From positions 26,538,001 through 26,602,000 of the forward strand of contig NC_086118.1 of the NCBI RefSeq assembly GCF_963921235.1: a stretch of DNA of 64,000 nucleotides, read 5' to 3'. Source of the stretch: Mobula hypostoma (Eukaryota). Within the stretch, counting starts at the first letter, position 1; the number at the start of each line of letters is the position of its first letter. Shown here one piece after another: positions 12,767 through 23,360 of the stretch. Under the pieces are notes generated by a model. It searched no databases. It was not told the DNA's origin and saw only the letters and a list, made by a program, of their open reading frames with translations. The translations under genes and the position numbers were made by a program.

Positions 12767-12852
12767 CTGTACTGTGCTTGGAAAAGTTCTTGAACAAAAC
12801 TCTGAATTCTGGGCTGCTGGGAGCTTCCTGTAGAATTTTCACCAATGGAAGA
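12767..12852 (-). CDS. USP43: Internal coding exon of a USP31/USP43-family ubiquitin-specific protease (probably USP43, exon-3 equivalent)
   Basis: Minus strand reads ttttttgtttcag|TCTTCC...CAGTACAG|gtaaat. The 86-bp exon (phase 0 to phase 2) translates to SSIGENSTGSSQQPRIQSFVQELFQAQYR. FVQxxFQAQYR ending in a split Arg codon precedes SSLTCPHC in USP31/USP43. The paralog choice is less certain than the exon itself. Confidence 0.8.
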
Positions 12853-13982
12853 CTGAAACAAAAAATGATTAAAAATCAAGTGTTAACAATTATATTTCAA
12901 GTTTATTCACAGACTCTTTTAAAAATTATTCATTATTGATCTTTGTCATACAATGCCTTCTTTTAAACAGCAGTGGATGGATTTTCAAAAACTATGATCT
13001 TGCATAGTTCCAATGTATATCAGGCAAACGGTAATGACATGACCAGATTATGTTCACACTCCATCTTTCTGAAAATTCAGAATACTGAACTCCAACATTC
13101 CCACTGATTTTTTTTTTACAGCTGAGTGGACCAACGATTGCTCTAACACTAGCCCTGAAAATTACACAGCACCTTAACTGGTTTTTTTCCTGTAATATTT
13201 AGAATGAAAAGTGAAAAATCACATACTTTTGCTTTTTTTTAATTAATTGAAGGATATAATGAAATACAGTAACAACATAGAAAACCTTGCACGTTTCATA
13301 AACTTTTTCTCATCTATCTTTATTCCTACTGTGCAGCAACAAAGGCTATGGCGTGGGAGCATTTCAGTTACTGCGCAGCCACGAACCCACGCAGCTTAGA
13401 GGGAACAGTGTGGTGAATGCAGTATAGTACCTTTCCTCAGGTTAAAATGGTTACTCTTGTGAAAGCACACAACACTGAAGCAAGAATCTCAAAACTACAA
13501 GGAGGTGGCCTGACTAATCTCATCATATGTGCCTCCATGCGCCAGTGCACACATCTTTGAAAGTCTAAACTAAGATTCAGGTCCTTGCTGCAGCCATAAA
13601 TAGCAGGAGATTTAAATAACTAAAGCACAACAATATATTAAGTAGTGGGAGCCTCAGGTGTGGGGTTGTAAAATATTAGGATTGAGGTAATAAAGTGGAA
13701 CGCATGCATACTATGTACACACTCCCTTGTACAAGGAGTTCTGGGATGGTGGGTTAATTAGTTTCATAGAGGCATGCAGAATCATTAATCCCTAATACAG
13801 TGTACTGTACATAAATAAATATTTTAACCATGGAAAGAGTTGATCAGAGGCAAATGAGGTGAATTACTTTAAAAGGTCCACAAATGTGACATTGCTGGAC
13901 TGCTAACCAACTTTGGAGTGGTAATGTGCTGCCAAATAAACTTGGTTAATCTTGTACATGTCGCGATCTCCTGTTTTATTAT

Positions 13983-14622
13983 CACAAACAAGAGGAAGTC
14001 TGCAGATGATGGAAATCTGAGCAAATCACACAAAATGCTGGAGGAACTCAGAAAGCCAGGCAGCATCTATGGAGAAAACTGCAGTCGATATTTCGGGCCA
14101 AAACCCTTCAGCAGGGTTGGAGTAAAAAAGTTGAGTAGATTTGAAATGTCGGGGGAGGGGAGGGAGAAATGATAGGTTTGAAACTTGGAGAGGGAGGGAT
14201 GAAGCAAGGAGCTGGGAAGTTGATTGGTGAAAGAGACAGAAGGCCATGGAAGAAAGAAGGCACCAGAGGGAGGAGATAGGCAGGTAAGGAGATAACATAA
14301 GAAGGGGACAAGAGGATGGGAAATGGTGAAGCGGGGGGGGGGGGTGTTTGTGGAGGCATTACCAGAAGTTTGACATGATCTTTGACCACTTGATGGCACG
14401 AACATCGATTTCTCAAACTTCCAGTAATGCCTCCACCCGCCCCCCCCACTCCCTTCACCATTTCCCACCCCCTTCTCTCTCCCTTCCTCCTACCTTTCAA
14501 ATCTATTCCTCAGCTTTTCTTCTCTAGTCCTGCCGAAGGGTTTCGGCCCAAAATGTCAACTATTCTTTCCTCCATAGATGCTGCCTGGCCTGCTGAGTTC
14601 CTCCAGCATTTTGTGTGTGTTA
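13983..14622. mobile_element. 5'-truncated Penelope element with inverted pLTR (fold-back)
   Basis: Left arm is on the minus strand. The right arm starts at the ORF end DGTNIDFSNFQ*. 15-bp TSD CTCCTGTTTTATTAT at 13968-13982 and 14623-14637. Confidence 0.9.
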
Positions 14623-14739
14623 CTCCTGTTTTATTATACTCAGCTAAAACCAGATTGTGAGTCCCATCAAAAATTCACATTGCTAGGAGGAGACAAAATC
14701 TTATGCAAGATGTCTCTCAATAAACAAGTTTTCCTTTTT

Positions 14740-15585
14740 GATAGATAGATAGATACTTCATTGATCCCAAAGGAATTTACAGTGTCACAGTAGCATTACA
14801 AGTGCACAGATATATAAATATTAGAAGAGAAGTAAGAAAGAATAAAAAATAAGTTACCTTAAACAGTCTACCAGGAGGGGGTCATCTCTTCCCCAGCTAT
14901 AAGTTGACTCATTATACAGCCTAATGGCTGACGGTAAGAATGACCACAGAGAGCACTCTCTGGAGCAGCACAGTCTATTACTAAAGTGCTCCTCTGTTCA
15001 GCCAAGGTGGCATGCAGAGGGTGAGAAACATTGCCCAGAATTGCCAGGATTTTCCGTAGGGTCCTTTGTTCTACCACAGCCTCCAGTGTATCCAATTTGA
15101 CTCCTCTAACAGAGCCAGCCTTTCCAAATCAGCTTATAGAGCCTGTTGGCATCACCAGTGTTGACGCCATTGACCCAGCACACCACCGCATAGAAGACTG
15201 TACTGGCGAGAACAGACTGGTAGAGCATGTGAAGAGGAGGCCTACATAATCCAAAGGACCTCAGTCTCCTCAAGAAGTAGAGGCAACTCTGGCCCTTCTT
15301 ATACACAGCCTCTGTGTTGGTGCACCACTCAAGTCTATCATCCAGGTGCACCCCCAGGTACTTGTATGTCCTCACCACATGCACGTCCTTGCCATCAATA
15401 GTAACAGGCAGCAGTGCAGGCTTAGTCTTCCTAAAGTCCATCACCATCTCCTTTGTCTTACAGATGTTGAGCTGCATATGTTCATCTTGCAGCATTTGAC
15501 AAAGACCTCCACTAGGACCCTGTATTCATCTTCCCATCTTCCCTATATACACCCAACTATTGCTGAGTCATCGGAGAGTTTCTCC
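14740..15585 (-). mobile_element. Rex1/Babar LINE, 5'-truncated
   Basis: QLNICKTKEMVMDFRK...YKYLGVHLDDRLEW...LYFLRRLRSF; (CTAT)n tail at 14740-14755. Confidence 0.9.
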
Positions 15586-16399
15586 ATGATTATCCTGCAA
15601 AACAGATACTCATGGATCCTGGTGGTCCCTGGTGATTATGGACTAAACTAAATCATGTCACCATCCAGTGCCCACACCATGAGCCTGATTAGGGTTCCTC
15701 AGAATAATGAAGAAAGAGAGATGAGGTGGGCCCTCATGAAATCTCATAAAGGGGAAACAGTGATCCAGAGGAGAAAAATAGATGGTGGAACAAGAGAAAG
15801 GAATTTCTCAGCAAAAGTAGACAAGTAGGTTTGTCAAGTCAAGGCCATGCACATTATCTCACTGGTCTGACAGACATATCTCCTATGAATACAAGGTTCC
15901 TAAAAATCAATAACAAAAAAAATACGTCTAGTGTTAAAGAAGGTGGCTACATAAAAAAAGCATAAATGGCTTGTTTTGTTTATAGTTATTTGCAGTCTCC
16001 ATAACCACTCGTGCTGTCAAGTTTCAGATGATTGATCTTGTTAATGCAAATCTTTAAGGAATTACTTTTTTATGTAGGTTCCACTGATGGATAGATTTGC
16101 ACGAATGGTAGCAGGAATGGAAACTCCAGTACCAGGTGTTTTTCCCCATGCAAGGAACCTTATGTAGCCATTTGATGGAAATGTCATGTTTGGGCTAGAG
16201 AGAATATATGGGTAGAAAAGAGGTCTCATGTCTAGAGTCAGTAGGCAGCATTTGCAAATTTAATGCAATTGCTTCCTCTTACTGCTTTGTTTGCTAATAT
16301 TTGTTAAATACACTTCCTGTAAAGGAAATGAAAACAGGTTCAACAGCAAATATTAATATGGGATTTCAAAACTAAGGAACTAAGGTTGAAAGACTACAG

Positions 16400-17090
16400 A
16401 CCGAAGGATGTTGCTGGAACTTGGGGACCTGAGTTATAGGGAAATATTGAACAGGTTAGTATTTTAGTCCCTAGAGTGTAGAAGAATGAAGGGAGATTTT
16501 ATAAAGTGTATATATAATTATGTGGGGTATAGATAGGGTAAATGCAAGTAAGTTTTGTTTTCCACTGAGTTTAGATTAGAGGTCATAGGAAAAGGGTAAA
16601 AGGTAAAATGTTTAAGGGGAACCTGAGGGTAACTTCTTCACTCGGAGGGTGACGTTAGTGTAGATCGAGCTGCCAGTGGAAGTGGTTGTTGCGGGATCAC
16701 TTGGAAAAACCTAAGAAAGTGTTGGATAACTACATGGATGGGAGAGCTATGATCCTGGTGCAGGTTGATGAGACTGGGCAGAATAATAGTTTGGCATGCA
16801 TTAGATGGGCCAAAAGGCCTATTTCTGTGAAGTCAGCGTCTGCAGACAAAGAACCACAGTTAGTATTTCCAGTTGAAGACCTCTTTCTCTTTCCAGAGAT
16901 GTTACCAGTCATTCTGAATTTATCCAGCGTTATACAATATGGTCTTTTAAGAGACTCCTGGATAGATCCATGGAGCTTAGAAAAATAGAGGGCTACGGGC
17001 AACCTGAGGTAATTTCTAAGTAAGTACATGTTTGGCACAGCATTGTGGGCTGAAGGGAATGTATTGTGCTGTAGATTTTCTATGTTTCTG
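16400..17090 (+). mobile_element. CR1 LINE 3' fragments (two 3' ends) with a decayed pLTR piece between them
   Basis: Similar to the CR1 copy at 30598-31120; tttctatg-type tail. Confidence 0.7.
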
Positions 17091-17634
17091 TCTTATTTCA
17101 GATTTCCAGCATCTGCAATTTTTTTTTGATTTTCACTGTCAAAAGACGGGTAAGTAAATGCTTATGAGGGAATACATTCACAGGGTTATGGGAGAAGTGA
17201 CATACTTAGATGACTTCTTCCCAACAGGAGTCTGATTCCATTGCTCACCTCACTGCAACATTCCATGACCTTTCTAGTACCTTTATTAAAATGAAATACC
17301 TATTTGCATAACTCAAGGCAAAAGAAAAACAAATGAAAATCAGGTTAAAAAACTGCCTGCTAATCAACTTCACTCTTTAAATTATCCATAACAAGTTATC
17401 AATTAGCTTAATTAGAATCATCATTGCCTTTCCAACAGTAAACTCTGCATTCAGAACATGACACTTGCTCCATGTTAAACTTTCTGAATGACAATTGAAT
17501 CAGAATATGAAAAATGGCATCTGGTAACCACACAAAAAAATAAGTTAACATGTACTTTTCCCTGGAAGTTCATTCCTGGTCAGTAACACTGCACACAAGA
17601 CACAATAATGGAAGTGCATGCCATACACAAGTCA

Positions 17635-18057
17635 ATAGACAATATACAATAGGTGCAGGAGTAGGCCATTCAGCCCTTCGAGCCAGTACCACCATTCACT
17701 GTGATCATGGCTGATCATCCACAATCAGTACCCTTTTCCTGCCTTCTCCCCATACCCCTTCACTCCGCTATCTTCAAGAGCTCTATCTCACTCTTTTCTG
17801 AAAGAATCCAGAGAATTGGCCTCCACTGCCTTCTGAGGCAGAGCATTCCACAGAACCACAACACTCTGTGTGAAAAAGTTTTTCCTCAACTCCATTCTAA
17901 ATTGTCTACCCCTTATTCTTAAACTGTGGCCTCTGGTTCTGGACTCCCCCAACATCGGGAACATGTTTCCTGCCTCTAGCATGTTCAATCCCTTAATAAT
18001 CTTATATGTTTCAATCAGATCCCTTCTCATCCTTCTAAATTCCAGTGTATACAACCC
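17635..18057 (-). mobile_element. CR1 LINE 3' end
   Basis: LYTLEFRRMRRDLIETYKII...RTRGHSLRI...FFTQSVVVLWNALP; CAAGTCA flanks both sides. Confidence 0.92.
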
Positions 18058-18837
18058 CAAGTCAGTTCCATGGCAGTCAACGGAACTGAAATTCAGAGAG
18101 ATGGAGTACAAAATACTGCTGTTAAGCATAAGTAAAAATCACTACGTAGTTCTTCAGAACCTGGAGCCTGCCATATCTATGCAGTATAGGCAAAGCCATG
18201 ATGCATGTCTTTCGATAACGCAGATGCTAAAATAAGAATGTGTATTAAAACAGATTAATGAGCTGATATATTACTTGTTCCCTTAACAAGTTTTTATTTG
18301 ACCAGTCAGGGTTGTCAATCTCCTGAAACTGGAGGACCAGCGGAGCACTCTCAGTCTGGCCTCCGCCCTTTGACCTGTTGCACGGGTGACCCTAATAAGA
18401 GCCAAAGTACAAGGCCCTGCCTCCACCCAACATAGCTCTCAGGCCATTGAGCCACACAATCCTCCAAATCCTGTGACAAGGTTGTGGTTCTCTTGGAGGA
18501 GCTAATATATATTTTTGGAATAATACCAGCCATAACCTAAACTGTCCTGTTCCCAATTTAGAACACTTCTGCATCAGAACAAACTCCTAAAACTTGCATC
18601 AGTATTGTGGAGTCCATTCTGCTCATGTTTTGGCAATGTTACACTTAGTACGCCTGACCCATTTTGTCCAAAGACATAAAATTAGACAAACACAGCATAC
18701 ATAATTTGCGCATCTCTTCTTCTCTTACTAGATTTCATATTTTGCTTCAATGAAGCTTTGTTTTCTCACAACCAATAAACAATGTGTTCTACTTTATCCA
18801 AGGTTTTACTTTCCTATTTGTATACAGAATCAAGGAT

Positions 18838-19400
18838 CAGTGGCCATTTTATTAGGTACATCTGTACACCTACTTGCTAATGCAAATATCTAATTGGACA
18901 ATCATGTGGCAGTAACATAAGTTTGCATAAACGTACGCAGATATTGTCAAGGGGTTCAGTTGTTGTTTAGACCAAACATCAGAATGGAGTAGAAATATAA
19001 TCTAAATGGCTTTGATTGTGGAATGATTACTGGTGCCAGATGGGGTGATTTGAGTATCTCAGAAACTGCTGATCTCCTGGGATTCTCACACACAAGAGTC
19101 TATAGAGTTACAGAAAATGGTGCAAAAGAAAAAAAATTCATCCAGTGAGCCGCAGTTGTGGGATAAAGTGCCTTGTTAATGAGAGAGGTCAAATGAGAAT
19201 GGTCAGACTGGTTCAAGCTGACAGGAAGACAACAGTAACTCAAGTACCACGCATTACAACAGGGGTGAGCAGAAGAGCATCTCTGAAAGCATAGTATGTC
19301 GCATCTTGAAGTGGATGGGCTACAGCAGATGACGACTAGCATACACTCAGTGGCCACTTTATTAGGTACAGGAGGTGCCTAATAATGTGGCCTTTGAGTG
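18838..19400 (+). mobile_element. Non-autonomous Tc1-like element
   Basis: TIR cagtggcca(c/t)tttattaggtac. Paired-like HTH remnant LSISETADLLGFSHT...RMVRLVQADRK. Right end gagtg|TA. Confidence 0.85.
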
Positions 19401-19599
19401 TAGATCTGCATGCCTTAGAAATATGCTGTGATCTGTTGGCACTGCATGCAACAAAATGGACATTTAGCAACTGTATAGAACAAAGAAATATATAAAAATA
19501 AGTTAGAAATACAGATGTGGAATAAAATGTGCATTAATGCATAAATACCAGTATGTATTTTCATTGAAAGCAACATTATAAAAAGTGGTTTATTGTCCA

Positions 19600-20050
19600 A
19601 CACAATGACTGAGGTAATGGGGGGGATGGGAGGAGGGGGCTAACAAGAATGGTTGATAAGATTAACTGCCCGTGGCAGGAAACTTTTGAGATGCCATGAA
19701 GTTTTTGTTTTAATAAACCTACAGCACCTTCCCAATGTTGAGTAGTGTCCGCAATTACTTTTCCTGATCGCTCCTTTGTCCGGGACACATACAAGTCCTT
19801 CAGTGTTGGTAGACTGCAGCCAATGACCTTGTCAGAGGATGTCGCACCAAATCAAGCACTAATGGCTGATGTGAGGATGTTCTCTATGATGGCAGTGCAG
19901 AATTATACCAGTATGTTTTGGGAAAATGCCACAAGTATTTCCTCTGCTAAGCCTTTTTGTATATGGAGGAGGCATGGATCTCCCATATGAAGTCCTGTAC
20001 AGTGATGATGTCCAAGAACCTGAATGTTGGAACAGTGTCGAAAGCTCAAC
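19600..20050 (-). mobile_element. Old Rex1/Babar LINE fragment
   Basis: Minus-strand remnants TVPTFRFLDIIT...WEIHASSIYKKA and FCTAIIENILT. Confidence 0.6.
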
Positions 20051-20295
20051 AAACCAAGCCATGATTTCACATGTATCTCTAGCTGTCCTTGGAGATAATG
20101 GTGAGCCAATTTCTTGAACAGCAATTCTCCAGCTGAAGTTCCTACCATGGTGTGTAGGATATGAAGCTTGAATTTCTGTCCAAAGCAATGCAAGAACAAT
20201 TATACAGTATATTTCCAAACAGGGATGGCATATGATGATGATGGCAATGTTTTAAGTGATGGCGATCATGCATATCTACTCTTCTGTTAAAGGAG

Positions 20296-20772
20296 TGTTA
20301 CGTTACATCAAAAGCCTCAAATGCCAATTATCTAGTTGGAACTACAAAACTACGTTTATTAGGTCAGAACAGGAGCATTAAAATACCTGTCGCGGTGTGG
20401 ATGGCCTCTCTCACTGCAGCACACCTCCCACTCCAGCCGATCCACAGTGCTGTTCACAACCAGCTCGTCAGTGAGGCCTCAAATACCTTTCAGCCCACAA
20501 GCATTCTACCTTTAATCCCATTCCACTGACACAAAATGTGCAGTAAGTGGACCAATACATTAACACGGGCTCAAACCAGGGAATCAAAACCAATCATAAC
20601 TTGTCATCACTCTTCACGAGTCCCGCCCCAATGCTCACCACAGCTGTACTCCCATCGTCTTGCATTCTCGTAGTTGTATTGTCATCAAAGCTCCTGCAGC
20701 CAATTCACGTACGCCCAAGGCCACAGTGGTGAACACATTCGACAAGCGCAAAGGCTAACCCTTTACAACACA
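20296..20772 (-). repeat. ERV 3' LTR
   Basis: Plus strand tgttacgttaca...ccctttacaacaca, homologous to 22808-23360; AATAAA on minus at 20355-20360. Confidence 0.9.
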
Positions 20773-20799
20773 TTCCACTGTCAAAAGTTGAAATCCCAT

Positions 20800-22313
20800 T
20801 AGGTCCGGCCCACAGGTTTTAATACAACTCCTGCAGATACCCTGCCATATCACAAGGAAATTGCAAAACTACTAAGCATGAAAGCAAAATGGTTTTAGTA
20901 ACACCCCAGTGCACTGCAGTAGCCCACTAGACTCCAGGTACTCCAAAGGGCCACCAACTCCCTCCCGGGGTATAATAATTATGAAATTGATCTCTTATAC
21001 ATCTTATCTACCAATGGTTGGATATGGTCAGCCAAATGTGCTACGTTCTCTGACTCATCAGGGGTGTATGTACAACACTCCGGGCCGAAGTGGTGCAGGT
21101 GCCTCCTTCCTTCACTACGATATAACCCAATACCATTCTACTCTCGGGCCACTGTCCTCACGGCTCCTGTCTCGGTTAAAACCTGCACCAGTGCCCGCTC
21201 TGCTTGCTTCAAAGCCAGTACAGTCTCACTGGCTAACAACTTGAGGCTATCAGGACGACTTTCCTTGATAACCGGCCAGTACCGATAGGGGGAAAAAGCT
21301 ATCACCCAGAACCGATCAGCCTCCGTGATACCCCTTTTCCGGGTTGGGTGGTCAGCCAGATCATCAATGTGATACCCAGGCAGCAGCAGTCAGATCAGCA
21401 TGTGGGAAGCCGAGGGTAGGCCTGGGAGCTGCACACCCGGTATGTGCCATTCAACACGTGAAACAAACCTGCCCCAAATCAGTATATTCCCACTTCACTG
21501 CTCTGTACCATCAAGGTACATAAGTCGTTCCCCGTCAGAAACTGCCCATCGTAACGACAATGGCAATTACTCCCAGATCGCAGTATTGCATTCAGCACTA
21601 GTACTTTGGTCTTATTCTGATCATATGTTGTTACATACCATCCCTTAAACTGGCCCCTTTTACAGTCCCATCAACAGCGAATGCTGAGGGGCCCATGATG
21701 GATTCATTCTACTCCAGTATTCAGCGTTATTCAGAATCAGGCTTCATATCACTGGCATATGTTGTGAAATGTGTTGTTTTGCAGCAGCAACACAGTGCAG
21801 TACATAATAATAAACTAAATTAACAGAAGAAATACTTACATATATATATATATATATTAAATTAAGTAAGTAGTGCAAAAAGAGAGAAAAAAAATAGTAA
21901 GGTAGTTTTCATGAGTTCATTGTCCATTCAGAAACCTGATGGCAGTGGGGAAGAAGCTGTTCCTGAAACTTTGAGGGTGTTTCTTCAGGCTCTTGTACCT
22001 CTACCTTGATGGTAGCAATCAGCAGGGGTGATGGGGGCCCGTAATGATGAATGCCACCTTCTTGAGGCACTGCCTTTTGAGGGTTCCTCAATGCGAGGGG
22101 GGCTAGTGCCCGTGATGGATCTGGCTGAGTTTACATCTTTCTGCATCACTACACCCATGCTTGAGTGTGTCAGAATCTGGGAGCATACCCAACACTGAGA
22201 CGTGTTCAGATGATGAGCATATTTGTACGACACTGAGAAAGTTATTGGGTTATGATGTCTTACAGATCATCGTCGCAGTTCCAGCAAGGGAGCAGCAGCA
22301 ATGCCATGGCCAT
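20800..22313 (-). pseudogene. env: Retroviral env pseudogene (gamma-type), interrupted by a LINE
   Basis: MAMALLLL start, LNTSQCWVCSQ (CxxC), LNGTYRVCSSQAYPRLP, basic site RKR (21333-21341), ISD-like RMVLGYIVVKEGGTC and GPECCTYTPDESEN (frameshifted CX6CC). Many stops and frameshifts. Confidence 0.88.
21730..22146 (-). mobile_element. Rex1/Babar-type LINE 3' end inserted in the ERV env
   Basis: SARSITGTSPP remnant and (ATTCTG) tail; env motifs resume on both sides. Confidence 0.8.
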
Positions 22314-22509
22314 TTCTGTAATGGAGGGAAGCACACTATCACTTCCTTTCAGTTAATCAGTCCGGCACACCATTCCCTGTTTTCCCAGAAGTATTACCTG
22401 CCACGTACTGCCTGGCCCCTGCACTACAGTCGCCCCACTCTCCAGCAGCTCTCAGGCCTTCCCCAACTCCTCTTCCAATTCCACTTCCTCCTCTACCTTT
22501 GGGGGTTCA

Positions 22510-22740
22510 GATACTGCCAAATGTCAGGACAGCAGGAACCCTCCCTGACCTGCTGGTCTGGAGTTCAAGTTCTCCACTGGCCAAATCTGTCCTGCCCCGT
22601 TATACTCTGGATTTGCTCCCGGGGCCCACCGGACATTCCTTTGGCTTCACCAGCTGGCACGTTGGACAATTCGCTGCCACTGTTTTGGCTTCCTGGTATG
22701 TCAGCGTCACCCCTCCGGTCTCTCCACATTTCCTTACTCC
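22510..22740 (-). pseudogene. Retroviral integrase N-terminal remnant
   Basis: GVTLTYQEAKTVAANCPTCQLVKP (zinc-finger CxxC at 22657-22668), followed by GQIWPVENLNSRPAGQGGF, which resembles WQVDYIGPLP. Confidence 0.65.
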
Positions 22741-22786
22741 TACACATTTTTGTAAACTTTATCGGTTTCTTTCGCACTCACCAGAA

Positions 22787-22804
22787 CCTTTGCCAACTAC
22801 ACCA
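22787..22804 (-). promoter_or_regulatory. Primer binding site, tRNA-Ser type
   Basis: TGGTGTAGTTGGCA lies 3 nt after the LTR. The complement of the tRNA-Ser 3' end is TGGCGTAGTCGGCA, and both differences are CpG transitions. Confidence 0.8.
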
Positions 22805-22807
22805 AAA

Positions 22808-23360
22808 TGTTACGTTACACCAAAAGATTCTTGGATATGGCTCAATAAGGCAGAAAAACACAGAGACCAATTACCTATTTAGAATTACAAAACTTTATTT
22901 ATTAGGACAGAATAATAACCATTAAGATACTTATCTAGCTATGCACAGGCCCCTTTCTCTGCAGCGCACCTCCGACTCACCCGATCCGCAGTGCTGTTTA
23001 CAACCAGCCCTTCAGTGAGGCCTCAAAGAACCAACCTCAAGTCCCCAACCATTCTACTTTTAAACCCTTTCCATCGATACGAAATGCTGAAGAAAGTGGA
23101 CTAATACATAGCACCATCTCAAACCATCAAACCAGAACCAATCACCACTTCAAAGTGCATTATCACTTGTCACCACTCTTCACGTGCTTTCACCTGGACT
23201 TCCGTGTTCCCACAGCTGTATTCACATGGTCTTGCATTCTTACAGTTATATTGTATCACACAGCTGTAATCAAAGCTCCTGCAGCCAGTTCCCTCATGTC
23301 CAAGGCCTCGGTGGTAGTGAAGACATTTGACAAGCATAACGATTAACCCTTTACAATACA
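22808..23360 (-). repeat. ERV 5' LTR
   Basis: Plus strand tgttacgttaca...ccctttacaataca; AATAAA on minus at 22898-22903; followed on minus by the PBS. Confidence 0.9.

Larger units (their letters stand above)
20296..23360 (-). mobile_element. Internally deleted endogenous retrovirus (LTR-PBS-IN remnant-env-LTR)
   Basis: Two homologous TG...CA LTRs, AGGAG TSD (20291-20295, 23361-23365), tRNA-Ser-like PBS, integrase CPTC remnant and env motifs. Confidence 0.92.

Noticed and set aside
16255..16340. Strong minus-strand acceptor (similar ones near 38403 and 57046)
   Set aside because: Following frames close quickly or lack USP similarity. Non-coding or poison exons cannot be excluded but are unsupported.
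22161..22925. 254-aa plus-strand ORF
   Set aside because: Antisense to the ERV IN/env/LTR region with no recognisable domain
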